Shown: positions 9,891-19,176 of the stretch, in pieces
How positions within the stretch are numbered: position 1 is the stretch's first letter
Layout of the letters: every line of letters begins with the position of its first letter
Source of the DNA: Candidatus Woesearchaeota archaeon
GTDB lineage: Archaea; Nanobdellota; Nanobdellia; Woesearchaeales; GW2011-AR15
Assembly: GCA_016935095.1 (NCBI GenBank)
Contig: JAFGRO010000029.1
Coordinates: 7,313-71,312, forward strand
Length of the DNA: 64,000 nucleotides
Reading direction: 5' to 3'
Position numbers and translations under genes: made by a program
The notes under the pieces: model-generated
Seen by the model: the letters and a program-made list of their open reading frames with translations, nothing else
Database searches by the model: none
What the model was told of the DNA's origin: nothing

Positions 9891-12134
9891 TTATTGGTTC
9901 AAACCATTATCAATTTCTTCCTCTTCAGTTAAACCAAGCTTGTTATCATACTTTTTATTGATAAAATTTCCATCTATTCCATTCTTCCAATATATTGGGA
10001 CTTTTGTAAGATATCCTGTCTTTTCTCTAACATATTGGCGGTATGAAATTTTTTTTTCTTTAAACTCTTCTTCTAGCTTGGCAACTTCTGTACGAAATTT
10101 AGCAGGAAACATACTTACTGACATCAATCCGTCTCTGGTTCGAACCATGTTTCTTAGTTCTTCTTCTTTCAAATCGATAGCATAGATAAAGCTATTTTTC
10201 TGCCAAATTTGTCTAATAGTTTTTGTATTCTCTTCAATTTTATTGACAAGCTTATCTTTTATTATGTCATAATACACATTATTCACCTTAAGTAAATCAT
10301 TTTCATTAGTAATTTTTCTTGTTTGAAGCAATTCTGAAGTTAAAGAAACAAATTCAGGATTATAGGGATACTTTTCTTCATATCTAAAAACTTTAACAAG
10401 CGCAGGTTTCCCAACACTAATATTATTAGGTCCATTATATGAAATTTTTCTGTTTACTCTACCAAACCTTTGGACTAACGAGTCAAAATGTGCACAGTCA
10501 GTATAAAGAACATCAAAATCAATGTCAAGTGAAATTTCCACAATTTGTGTTGATACAAAAATAAAGGGTCCTTTTTTATCTTTTAATTCTTTAAGTTCTT
10601 TTTCTCTATCACATCTATCATTAAGGATAAATCTGCTATGAAGAAGTAATTTTTTTGGAAACTTAATAAGAACCTGGAAGAGTTTTTGTGCTCTCTCAAC
10701 AGTATTGAGCACTATAAGAATTTTTTCTCCTTTTTTGTACTTTTTTCTCAATTCGTCAATCAAGGATTCATAGTCAAAGATATCCGAATCTTTGTATTCA
10801 ATCTTAACTCTCTGAATATGTGAATAAATAGAGTTTACATATTTTGTTTTTAGAACTTCAACAAATCCGTTCTCCTGAAATAATTTTCTAAGATAATCTG
10901 GAAAAGTTGCACTCATTATCAAGAAACGACTTCCATATTTCTTACTTAAATAATCAACAGCAAATTTTAGTAGGCCTAAATTCCGCTCGTCAGTAGCATG
11001 TACTTCATCAATAATGACTGAGCTATTTGAAAATACGACTTCTTTTAACCCATATTTTTTATAGTTCATTAGTGATAAAATTATTTGGTCAAACGTTGTT
11101 ACATTGAGTGCGGGAAAGAAACTCTTTAACAAAGTTTTTTTGGAAAATTCATTTTCATCTGAAAAAACTTCAAAATAGGAATGGTAAAATCCAATTTCCT
11201 CTTCTTTAAATACTTTTTTCAAACGATCATAGATTCCGTTTATACTTGCAGTTGTAGGAAGAACATAAAAATTCTTAAAATTGCTATTCTCTTTAAGCCA
11301 CAGAATAGCTGATTCTGTTTTTCCAAAGCCCGTTGGTAGTTGAAGAAACCCGTTTCCTTTAAACTTGAATATTTTCTCCTGATAATCTCTTAGAGAATAT
11401 CCTTTATGCTTTAGAATAATATCTTCAGGATTTGTCTCTAGCTTTTGTATATTCTCCCTTGAACTAGACAAGTAGTCACTATAGATTATAACTCCGGAAA
11501 TAAATACATAAATTGCTCTTAGCTCCTCACATGGTACATCAACAATATCCCATTTAATTCTATTATAAATTCTTTTTGCCAAATAAGTAGTGTTAGGCTT
11601 TTTATTTACTAATTCCAGTATATTTTCTGGGATTTCAATGTCAAAATTTTTTTGAAATAGTTGTATTTCCTCAAGAACACCACATAAACCAATATCAAAG
11701 GTACTTTGTGGGTCACTTCTATCAAATAATGATTTTTTTAGTGGTGAATGATGAGAAGCAACTGCCAGCATCATGATGTTCTTCAGCAACTTATCTTCGT
11801 CTTTCGAAGCATTGATTATATTATCAATAACAGTAAGAGATAGTAAAGCATGTGAAACCTTCTTTTTTTCACCTGACTTCAGTTGCTTTTGAAAATAAGT
11901 ATCTGCTTTACCTATATCATGAAGCAAGGCACCTATTTGTGCAAATTTGTATATTTGGGTTTCAAGTCCTAAAAAGGATTTATATTTAGGTAACCTAAAT
12001 AGCTGAACTAACTCATTTGCTCTTTCATATGTTTCAATAAGATGAGTCCCAAGCAAAACTTTCTTTTCTTTGGGAGATAAAGGAGAGGGATATTTAGCAT
12101 AAATTTTAGAGTAAGACACAATGCTCATCTCCAA
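9891..12134 (-). CDS. cas3: Cas3 fused HD nuclease + DExH helicase
   Basis: HD motif LLHDIGK near N-terminus; Walker A PTGFGKTE; DExH box VIIDEVHATDE; 747 aa. Confidence 0.9.
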   Translation of the reverse strand: MEMSIVSYSKIYAKYPSPLSPKEKKVLLGTHLIETYERANELVQLFRLPKYKSFLGLETQIYKFAQIGALLHDIGKADTYFQKQLKSGEKKKVSHALLSLTVIDNIINASKDEDKLLKNIMMLAVASHHSPLKKSLFDRSDPQSTFDIGLCGVLEEIQLFQKNFDIEIPENILELVNKKPNTTYLAKRIYNRIKWDIVDVPCEELRAIYVFISGVIIYSDYLSSSRENIQKLETNPEDIILKHKGYSLRDYQEKIFKFKGNGFLQLPTGFGKTESAILWLKENSNFKNFYVLPTTASINGIYDRLKKVFKEEEIGFYHSYFEVFSDENEFSKKTLLKSFFPALNVTTFDQIILSLMNYKKYGLKEVVFSNSSVIIDEVHATDERNLGLLKFAVDYLSKKYGSRFLIMSATFPDYLRKLFQENGFVEVLKTKYVNSIYSHIQRVKIEYKDSDIFDYESLIDELRKKYKKGEKILIVLNTVERAQKLFQVLIKFPKKLLLHSRFILNDRCDREKELKELKDKKGPFIFVSTQIVEISLDIDFDVLYTDCAHFDSLVQRFGRVNRKISYNGPNNISVGKPALVKVFRYEEKYPYNPEFVSLTSELLQTRKITNENDLLKVNNVYYDIIKDKLVNKIEENTKTIRQIWQKNSFIYAIDLKEEELRNMVRTRDGLMSVSMFPAKFRTEVAKLEEEFKEKKISYRQYVREKTGYLTKVPIYWKNGIDGNFINKKYDNKLGLTEEEEIDNGLNQ

Positions 12135-12795
12135 ATTTAAATTGCGCTACAGGTTCATAAAAATTCAGATTGACATTATAGAACATAAGTACTTCTCTCT
12201 GCTCTTCCAGCGTTCTTCTGCTTCCTTTATAAGAGAAAGAGTGCGCACACTTGCATACCTGTGGGCTTATGAAAAATCCAGTTCCAATCTGAATATTATA
12301 TTTCTCTTTTGTTTCAATGAAAGAATCTACCTTACTGTCTTCCGTGTTTGCTATTTCATACAGAGAAGAAACGTTCTCAACTACAGCAAGAAAATCAGAG
12401 TGTCCTAAGTAGAGGACCCTAGAAGGAGAGATAATTGAATCATAAATTTCTCTAATCAATTTTTCATTTTCAGTAGCTATAAAAATTTTAAAGCTTGGTC
12501 TGTTCAGAAGCTTCCTAGATGTAATAGTACTATCTGACTGCTTTTTTTTATCGGTTTTTAAGTTCTTTAATTTCCATAAGTCATTAATAAAACCAGAAAT
12601 GTTAATGATTTTGACCCCTATAAACAATTTTGCATACAGTTCATTCATTTCATCATACTGCAAACCCATAGCGTTGCCTATCATCCCAACAATATGAGTC
12701 TTTTGTGGGCCGATCAGGCTATCAAAAAAAGAAAGAGTAAAGGGATTTCTAAAGAAAGCCATGTCTCCTCTCAAAATAAAATGAAATCCTTTCAT
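12106..12795 (-). CDS. cas5: Cas5
   Basis: 229 aa, MKGFHFILRGDMAFFRNPF... Cas5-like N-terminus; overlaps cas3 start, follows cas7. Confidence 0.75.
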   Translation of the reverse strand: MKGFHFILRGDMAFFRNPFTLSFFDSLIGPQKTHIVGMIGNAMGLQYDEMNELYAKLFIGVKIINISGFINDLWKLKNLKTDKKKQSDSTITSRKLLNRPSFKIFIATENEKLIREIYDSIISPSRVLYLGHSDFLAVVENVSSLYEIANTEDSKVDSFIETKEKYNIQIGTGFFISPQVCKCAHSFSYKGSRRTLEEQREVLMFYNVNLNFYEPVAQFKFGDEHCVLL

Positions 12796-13688
12796 GATAA
12801 ATCTAGTTGTTCAAGTTTTGTCTTCAAGTCTTTCAGACTCAGAATTTCTACTTTTTTATTACTTTCAAAAGCTTTCTCCAATTCGCTAGCATTAGATATA
12901 AAATAATCTAGATATCCAATTATTACTGTTTCAAGCTGCTCATCATACAATTCAATAACCTGCTTTAACCTGCTAACATCAATATTTTTGTTTTCATCCA
13001 TCCATAGTCTGTCGAAGATTGTCAATGCTTTATCTCTCCTAATTACAGCAATCATAAATTCTGGCGAGGTCTTTGTCAGAAAATTAGTTTGTTTTCCCCC
13101 ACCCCATGAATTGAAGACTGCTTCAATTAGTTCTCTAAAATGCTTTTTTTTATATTTATCATCAATCTCTTTATCGTCGCTCTCGTCAACACCAATCCTA
13201 TCTAGTTCAATCGCGAAATTTCCTCGCATGAGATTACTGGAAACCTCAATATCATAGAGACTATGATTTGTTCCCTTTGGATCATATCTCACACCACGAT
13301 TGATATCGCCTTTATATTCATAAAGAGAAATAAGGCCATTTGTTTTTACGGGAGCTACTCTTGTCTTCTTCAGATTTGTATTCATATAGCCAAATAAATC
13401 ATCATCAATGAAACTTATATCACAAGAAGAAGAAACTTGGCTTGCTTCCTCTTTTTCTTTTTCAGTTGCTTTAGCATCTTTTTTTGATAAGACATCTGAA
13501 ATTGGGACGCCTTTTGATTTCCAGTATTCTTTAAAGGCGTATTTCAGTGAAACACCTGACACATATACTCTTTGTTTGCCGTCAAAATCTTCTGTTTTCT
13601 TCAGTGTAGCTATGTTGCCTTCAGTAGAATTGCTATTAATATTGGCATTTTCAATTCTTGTTAGATATGCTAGTTCTAGTAATTTCAT
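12792..13688 (-). CDS. cas7: Cas7 (Csh2-like backbone subunit)
   Basis: 298 aa, position between cas8 and cas5; 4-nt overlap with cas5. Confidence 0.7.
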   Translation of the reverse strand: MKLLELAYLTRIENANINSNSTEGNIATLKKTEDFDGKQRVYVSGVSLKYAFKEYWKSKGVPISDVLSKKDAKATEKEKEEASQVSSSCDISFIDDDLFGYMNTNLKKTRVAPVKTNGLISLYEYKGDINRGVRYDPKGTNHSLYDIEVSSNLMRGNFAIELDRIGVDESDDKEIDDKYKKKHFRELIEAVFNSWGGGKQTNFLTKTSPEFMIAVIRRDKALTIFDRLWMDENKNIDVSRLKQVIELYDEQLETVIIGYLDYFISNASELEKAFESNKKVEILSLKDLKTKLEQLDLS

Positions 13689-13690
13689 TT

Positions 13691-15088
13691 TTATCCCTCC
13701 ACATTATTTGATTCTTTTTTCTCTTTTAAGAAGACTGCATTTGTTAGTCCAATAAGGAAAAAGGTCTTTAGTTGTGCAAAATCATCCATATGTTCTATGA
13801 ATATGTCACCTCTAATGCCAGTCCCTATTTTCAATTGGAGCCGGTTCAGTAGATTCATGAACTCTTCTTGATTTCTTGCTCTTCTCATATCATAAATCTC
13901 TTTAATGATAACATTTTGCCTTGATTCATTCCTTTTGAATTGCATCCCTATTGAGAAGGCATGTTTATATACCTCGTTAAACAATTCTTTTTTATCCATT
14001 TCAAACACCTCAAAGTAAGATTTTAATACAGTTCTGCTGAAACTTATTAGCTGAACCTGCTTAAGCTGTTCAGCTTTACTCTTTTTTTTATACTCATCAA
14101 GCTTAAGAAATAATATTTCCTCAAGAATTCTCCAATTGAGTCTATTATTTCTACACAGGGAGAGCATAAGAGCATTTCTATTAATAAGTTGAGCTTCATC
14201 TTTAGGATTTACAATTAGTGAATTCAAGAAAGAGCTAAAAGGTCGAATCAATGTCCCTTTAGCATTTCTCTTTATAGATTGGTTGGTTTTGTTTAGAAAG
14301 GTAATAATTAGATTTAAATTATTTAGATTGTCGAATTCTCTATAGATTTTTTTACTTTTGGATAAGTCTGCTGACAGAACAAGCGCACCAACATCAAGCT
14401 GATCTTCTTTAGCAAGTTCTTTTTGCTCGTTAAGAAGTTGTGTTATATAATCAAGAAATGAAATTAATAAATAGTATGCCCCATAAATATAGTACGAGCC
14501 GGTAATGTTGACATTTTTAAAGTAATTATTTGTTGAAGCGTCCATGTTCATCCTATGAGTCATTAAATGATTTACATGTTTGGGGTTTCCATAGAGGATA
14601 ATTATTGAGGTAAGATTTTTCTCTGTTATAAAACATACATTTCGATATGCTGCAAATAGTATGTTCTTACATTTGTGACAGGCTACAAATTCAGATGTGC
14701 CACCATAAAGATTTGGAAACTTTTGCTTAGTAATGATGAACGGGAAATAGAAAGAAGTAATTGTTCCTGCCCCTTTTGATTCACAAATTATACATTTCTT
14801 TTGATTTTTTTCTTCTTTTTGAAGAAGTTCTTTCATATATTCGAAATCTGTTCTGCTTCCTTTTGATTGAAGTTGAGCGCCGAGGAAGCTGTTGGCAAAT
14901 ATAGTTCTTGTTAGCTTATTATCTTTGCTTGTGTAAAGATTGTTAATGATGATACCCTCATCAAGTCCCTTCTTTGGAATTAAATCAATGTCAATACTCT
15001 CCTCTCTTGTTTTAGAAAAAAGTCCTTTCCTAGATTTCTGAAAGTAACTTAATGTTGCCAATCCTGAACTATACCATTCTTTTATCAT
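13691..15088 (-). CDS. cas8b: Cas8-family large subunit (type I-B-like Cas8b)
   Basis: 465 aa immediately upstream of cas7 in the interference operon; Cys-rich segment CIICESKGAG...CHKCKN. Confidence 0.55.
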   Translation of the reverse strand: MIKEWYSSGLATLSYFQKSRKGLFSKTREESIDIDLIPKKGLDEGIIINNLYTSKDNKLTRTIFANSFLGAQLQSKGSRTDFEYMKELLQKEEKNQKKCIICESKGAGTITSFYFPFIITKQKFPNLYGGTSEFVACHKCKNILFAAYRNVCFITEKNLTSIIILYGNPKHVNHLMTHRMNMDASTNNYFKNVNITGSYYIYGAYYLLISFLDYITQLLNEQKELAKEDQLDVGALVLSADLSKSKKIYREFDNLNNLNLIITFLNKTNQSIKRNAKGTLIRPFSSFLNSLIVNPKDEAQLINRNALMLSLCRNNRLNWRILEEILFLKLDEYKKKSKAEQLKQVQLISFSRTVLKSYFEVFEMDKKELFNEVYKHAFSIGMQFKRNESRQNVIIKEIYDMRRARNQEEFMNLLNRLQLKIGTGIRGDIFIEHMDDFAQLKTFFLIGLTNAVFLKEKKESNNVEG

Positions 15089-15574
15089 TTATTCCCCCAA
15101 CCCCTCCATCACTTCCTCCATCGTCTCCTTATGTCCCCAGCCCTCGCAGCTTCTTTCAACTATTGAAATTAACCTATCCTTAAACAAAGGTATTAAATCC
15201 GTATTATCATTTAAGTTTTTAATAATCTGCTCAAACATCGATTCCATGCTTGAGTAGAAGGCTTCATACATATCCCCATATTCTTCTCCAATTCTTACGC
15301 CTGTCTCAACATAGAACACCATCAGCTCCAGAAGATGCTCCGGCTGCTTTGATATTCTTTTAAAGTCTGTTATTGCTTTTCTTGCTTCTCTAAGGTTAAT
15401 CCGTTCATTCCAGAGAATGCTTTTGAGCTTTTTCTTAAAGTACTCAAGGGCATCTTCCGGCTTATTCTCGAGCTTCAGCCTCAAAAAATCAGCGTTTTCT
15501 TTATTCAGGCTTGATAGCTCTAAAAGGAGTGAGTATAGTTCTTCTTTCTCCAATTGTTTAAGCACATTATTCAT
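15089..15574 (-). CDS. Hypothetical helical protein in GC-rich island inside cas operon
   Basis: 161 aa; markedly higher GC than flanks; start overlaps upstream ORF by 8 nt. Confidence 0.4.
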   Translation of the reverse strand: MNNVLKQLEKEELYSLLLELSSLNKENADFLRLKLENKPEDALEYFKKKLKSILWNERINLREARKAITDFKRISKQPEHLLELMVFYVETGVRIGEEYGDMYEAFYSSMESMFEQIIKNLNDNTDLIPLFKDRLISIVERSCEGWGHKETMEEVMEGLGE

Positions 15575-16409
15575 TTTTTTTCAATCGTTTCTTTTTCTCT
15601 GCTTCTGTCTCTAACAGATAGTTTTCCTGCGAAACAACCTTTGATCCTGATTCAAGCTCAAGATTTTTTCTTGCATCACCAGCTATTTTTCCGCCTTTTT
15701 GTGCGGCTGACCTGTTTTCAGTGAAGCCTTGTGAATCCCGGCTCCTTGTTATTTTTGTGGTTGAAGCTTCACCCAGCATTGTAAATATGAGTTCTAAGTC
15801 GTCCATATGGTCTCTTAAATTTTCCCGAGTTAAACTCTTGAAATTCTTATACTCTTCAACAGTCTTGCCAAAAGTTGCTTTGCTTATTTCATTGGTAAGA
15901 ATTGCGTATTCTTTTTGTTGCTTAACTCCTCTTTTATCCCACTCATCTGTGAGTTCCTGCCTGACTGCTATCCCTCTCACTCTTTTCTCTATCCAATCAT
16001 CTGAGTATCCTTTTGCTTTGTAAAGCTCCTTCATTCGTGCCTGGACCAGCTCAGGATTCTCTATCTCCTGCACTCTCTCATATCCAACCTGAGCCAGCCA
16101 CCGCTTGAAGGGTTCTGCTTTGGGTGACGGGATTGATTGAATAATACGAAACATGTTTCTGGTGTTTGCGCAGTCTGTTGCCCTGAATTTTCCATCTTCT
16201 GCAGGCAGTTTTAACTGTACGATTTTATCGTACGGTTCAAATCCTTCATCAGAAAGCTTAGATTTTAAGTCAGACCAATATCTCTTTGGTAGTGAGCTTG
16301 CTTCTAAAGCGTTAACCACATCTATGATAGAAAAATACCATTCATTATTATGCCAAATCCTCCGGATATTTTTGTCTTGAAATACAACCAAAGCATTGTG
16401 TTCGATCAT
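15567..16409 (-). CDS. Bro-N domain protein (DinD/Bro family-like) in GC-rich island
   Basis: N-terminal VVFQDKNIRRIWHNNEWYFSIIDVVNALEASSLPKRYW resembles Bro-N consensus (F...iR....g.pwF.a.Dva.aL); charged C-terminal region. Confidence 0.45.
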   Translation of the reverse strand: MIEHNALVVFQDKNIRRIWHNNEWYFSIIDVVNALEASSLPKRYWSDLKSKLSDEGFEPYDKIVQLKLPAEDGKFRATDCANTRNMFRIIQSIPSPKAEPFKRWLAQVGYERVQEIENPELVQARMKELYKAKGYSDDWIEKRVRGIAVRQELTDEWDKRGVKQQKEYAILTNEISKATFGKTVEEYKNFKSLTRENLRDHMDDLELIFTMLGEASTTKITRSRDSQGFTENRSAAQKGGKIAGDARKNLELESGSKVVSQENYLLETEAEKKKRLKKNE

Positions 16410-16450
16410 ATTCTAACCATCCCTTTCCTGTCTTTTCCTGCAAATTCCAT

Positions 16451-16732
16451 TTATCTCATTCCCATCATTCTGCACAACGGACAATCATCATGTCTCCAGC
16501 TAAACCTTGCATTCTTCCATTCATCATCCGATAATGTGCATATCGTCCTGTCAGTCCTGAGCATGTTCAAAAAATCCCTGTGTGTCATCTCAGTTCCTTC
16601 AAGCTTTCTTGCCAGCTCGTCCAGTTTTGGCCAATGCTCATTGTGCAATTCTTCCCGTTCATAGCATTTCCTTGTACAGTAATTCCCGTGAAACCAATTT
16701 ACCAAATGCCTGATTTTAACTGGTCTTTTCAC
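16451..16732 (-). CDS. Small Cys-containing protein (CxxxC ... CxxC) in GC-rich island
   Basis: 93 aa, CTRKC and CPLC; start overlaps cas6 stop by 4 nt. Confidence 0.35.
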   Translation of the reverse strand: MKRPVKIRHLVNWFHGNYCTRKCYEREELHNEHWPKLDELARKLEGTEMTHRDFLNMLRTDRTICTLSDDEWKNARFSWRHDDCPLCRMMGMR

Positions 16733-17478
16733 GTCTTCACCACATTCATAAACCCAAATCCAGAGCTATTCAACTCTCCAAACCCTGACTCTAAACCAAG
16801 CCATAACACTCTCCTTTTCAATTCATCTAAGTGTGAAAACCGGAATTCCCACAAACTGCCAATTGTGGGTATCTCATTTCCTTCTTCTATCCTGTGAACA
16901 CATACAGATTTCTTGAACTTGAATATCTCAAATAAATCAATAGTTTTCATTTCGGAGCTATAATACTGGTTGTATTTCTTAACAAGATTATCAGAAATCT
17001 GTTTTAGGAAAGCATTAAAGTCATATTCAGGGCGCCAGTACTCATAAGGCCTTTTACTTTTAATACCATATATATGATAATTTTGTTTTGGTATCCTCAT
17101 TACAATTGGTGTTCCTGTAATAAGGCTTGCTTTCTCAGTAATAAAAGGCTTCAGGTAGCTTATCTCATCAATGCTAAACATTGATTCTCCTATTAATACA
17201 GGCTTATTGAATTGCTTTATCTCTGCAATCCTTCCGTAAAGAAACCTTATAAAATCACTATCTGGCGAAGAAATAATAAAATGACGTTCTTCTCCTGTTT
17301 TAACATCCTCTACAGGAAATATGTTTGAATAGCAGAAAAACTTATAATATCCCTTATCATGCTTATTGAAATACTTTGATTCCTTCATAAGGCCATAGAC
17401 AAATCCCCTTAGCTTAGAATAATACTTCTCATCATAAGAAAAATCTTTCAGGGCTTTGAATTTTAATATTATACGCAT
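16729..17478 (-). CDS. cas6: Cas6 crRNA endoribonuclease
   Basis: 249 aa, C-terminal glycine-rich loop GLESGFGELNSSGFGFM typical of Cas6; first gene of operon. Confidence 0.8.
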   Translation of the reverse strand: MRIILKFKALKDFSYDEKYYSKLRGFVYGLMKESKYFNKHDKGYYKFFCYSNIFPVEDVKTGEERHFIISSPDSDFIRFLYGRIAEIKQFNKPVLIGESMFSIDEISYLKPFITEKASLITGTPIVMRIPKQNYHIYGIKSKRPYEYWRPEYDFNAFLKQISDNLVKKYNQYYSSEMKTIDLFEIFKFKKSVCVHRIEEGNEIPTIGSLWEFRFSHLDELKRRVLWLGLESGFGELNSSGFGFMNVVKT

Positions 17479-17504
17479 GAAAAAATCCCCCTTTAATCAT
17501 AAAT

Positions 17505-17530
17505 AGATGTTTAAATATAAACTTTTCTTC
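17505..17530 (-). promoter_or_regulatory. Putative archaeal TATA/BRE promoter for cas6 operon, plus GGGGG RBS at -8
   Basis: Minus-strand GTTTATATTTAAAC about 43 nt upstream of cas6 ATG; aaagggggattttttcATG gives a Shine-Dalgarno-like GGGGG. Confidence 0.3.
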
Positions 17531-17783
17531 AAAATCAGGATAAAAATCCTCATTTTTTTTCATCCCTCTCACTCCACCACCCATCCTGGCTTATTATCAG
17601 GTTATCTAAAACAGGTATCTGCAACAATCTCCAGCTTCTTTAAGATGATCCCAGACCCTTAAGTCTTCATTGGAAGGATTAAGGTTTCCTGAAGGGTGGT
17701 TGTGCACAGTTATTATCTTGTTTGCACTCTGGAGCAATTCACAAACAAACTATTTATAGTCCCCTTCATTTCCCTTAATATGT

Positions 17784-18284
17784 ATGAAAATAAAACTCAC
17801 AATAGAACTTGTACCTTCTACAGTCTGGTTTTCTTCTCTTTATAATATTTTTAAGAACAGCAGCCAGCAGGCTTTATGGAGAGATATTAAAAATATGATA
17901 TTTAAAAAAGAAGGCAGAAAATGCTGGGTGTGCGGCAGAACAGATAGAAGGCTGGAGGCACATGAGTTCTGGGATTATGATGATAAAAACAAAATTCAAA
18001 AATTGGTAGCAATTCACCATTTATGTGATTTGTGCCACAAAGTAAAGCATATAGGATTATGGTTGCATACAGATAAAGGGGCAAGGCTTCTAGATCAACA
18101 AGGATTAGATAGTTTTGATGTTGTTAATCATTTTTGTGCGGTCAACAACTGCGATCAAGATGTCTTTGATAAATGCGAAGAAGAAGCCTTTAAAGTATTT
18201 GCTGAGAGAAGCAAATATCAGTGGAAGCAGGATTTTGATGCTTATGAGAAAATAATAAGACCATTAATTAAAAATGAGTATTAA
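17784..18284 (+). CDS. HNH endonuclease-domain protein
   Basis: CWVCGR...LEAHEFW...IHHLCDLCHKVKH: CxxC / HH / CxxCH HNH signature; divergent from cas6. Confidence 0.5.
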   Translation: MKIKLTIELVPSTVWFSSLYNIFKNSSQQALWRDIKNMIFKKEGRKCWVCGRTDRRLEAHEFWDYDDKNKIQKLVAIHHLCDLCHKVKHIGLWLHTDKGARLLDQQGLDSFDVVNHFCAVNNCDQDVFDKCEEEAFKVFAERSKYQWKQDFDAYEKIIRPLIKNEY

Positions 18285-18609
18285 ATATATAAAAATTCCT
18301 GATAAATAATTCTCCTAATCATAAGCCAATGCAGGACTTGGTTTTGTGATATTCGGAACAGACAACACAGGAGAGATTTCTTTTTTATCGCTGATTAAGA
18401 AAATCTTAATTATCAAAAGGTTGTTTTTTTATATTGTTTCAACTTTACATTCTTTTAGATGCTCTAGTATTGGCTTAATCTCTAATTCTCCTGAAATATC
18501 TTTAAGAAGCCTAGAGGCTTTCAATATAATGCCCTCCCCACACAACTCTTATCTTTAAACTTCTTCTTCAATAAAAAATATAAACTCAAAGCAATTAAAT
18601 AAAAATAAT

Positions 18610-19161
18610 TTGAAAAAAGCAGATTTAGCCATTAATACTGTCTTTGTAATACTTGTTACGATAATCAGCATTATCCTTATCCTTGGAATTTTCTCTACAA
18701 AACTGCCTGGGTTTGCAAAAGGCATTTACTGCAAGACCTTTTTTTATATTCATTCTGCAGCTTTTATCCCAAAAGGGTTGAGAGCAGACCAGAACTACTG
18801 CATCTCTGAAAATGCATTGGCCCCTGCTGAAATAATAAATGACCCAGAAACACTAAACATCACTGTTCTCGGTTATGTTATAGCTTGCTGGAAAGAGATG
18901 GATTATGGAAGGTATTCTGATAATTTTCTTTGTTTTGAATTAACAGCTGGACCGAGGATTACTGATCCTGTTCCTATATCTGAGGAAGAAATAACCCATA
19001 TATTAATTGATGAAAAGATGTGTGATGTTCTTGCAAATAATGATTCAATATCAGACTGCGGGGATGAAAACAATATTCAATGGAATCTAGATGCAATATA
19101 TCCCCGGCAGAATATACTGATTGAATATAATGCTGAGAATAAGGAAGTGATTGTGAGTTAG
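18610..19161 (+). CDS. Secreted/membrane-anchored protein, possible class III (type IV pilin-like) signal peptide
   Basis: MKKADLAINTVFVILVTIISIILILG: short basic N-terminus then long hydrophobic helix, archaeal pilin-like; convergent with secretion ATPase. Confidence 0.3.
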   Translation: MKKADLAINTVFVILVTIISIILILGIFSTKLPGFAKGIYCKTFFYIHSAAFIPKGLRADQNYCISENALAPAEIINDPETLNITVLGYVIACWKEMDYGRYSDNFLCFELTAGPRITDPVPISEEEITHILIDEKMCDVLANNDSISDCGDENNIQWNLDAIYPRQNILIEYNAENKEVIVS

Positions 19162-19176
19162 TTCCACAAAAGAATG

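Noticed and set aside
9940-10185. 81-aa plus-strand ORF
   Set aside because: Antisense inside cas3
12121-12408. 95-aa plus-strand ORF
   Set aside because: Antisense inside cas5/cas3 overlap
12988-13755. Two plus-strand ORFs (89 and 115 aa)
   Set aside because: Antisense inside cas7/cas8; S/L-rich low-complexity translations
15089-15574. Considered Cas11/Csa5 small-subunit assignment for the 161-aa protein upstream of cas8
   Set aside because: Composition marks it as part of the foreign GC-rich island with the Bro-N gene; no sequence evidence for Cas11; left as hypothetical
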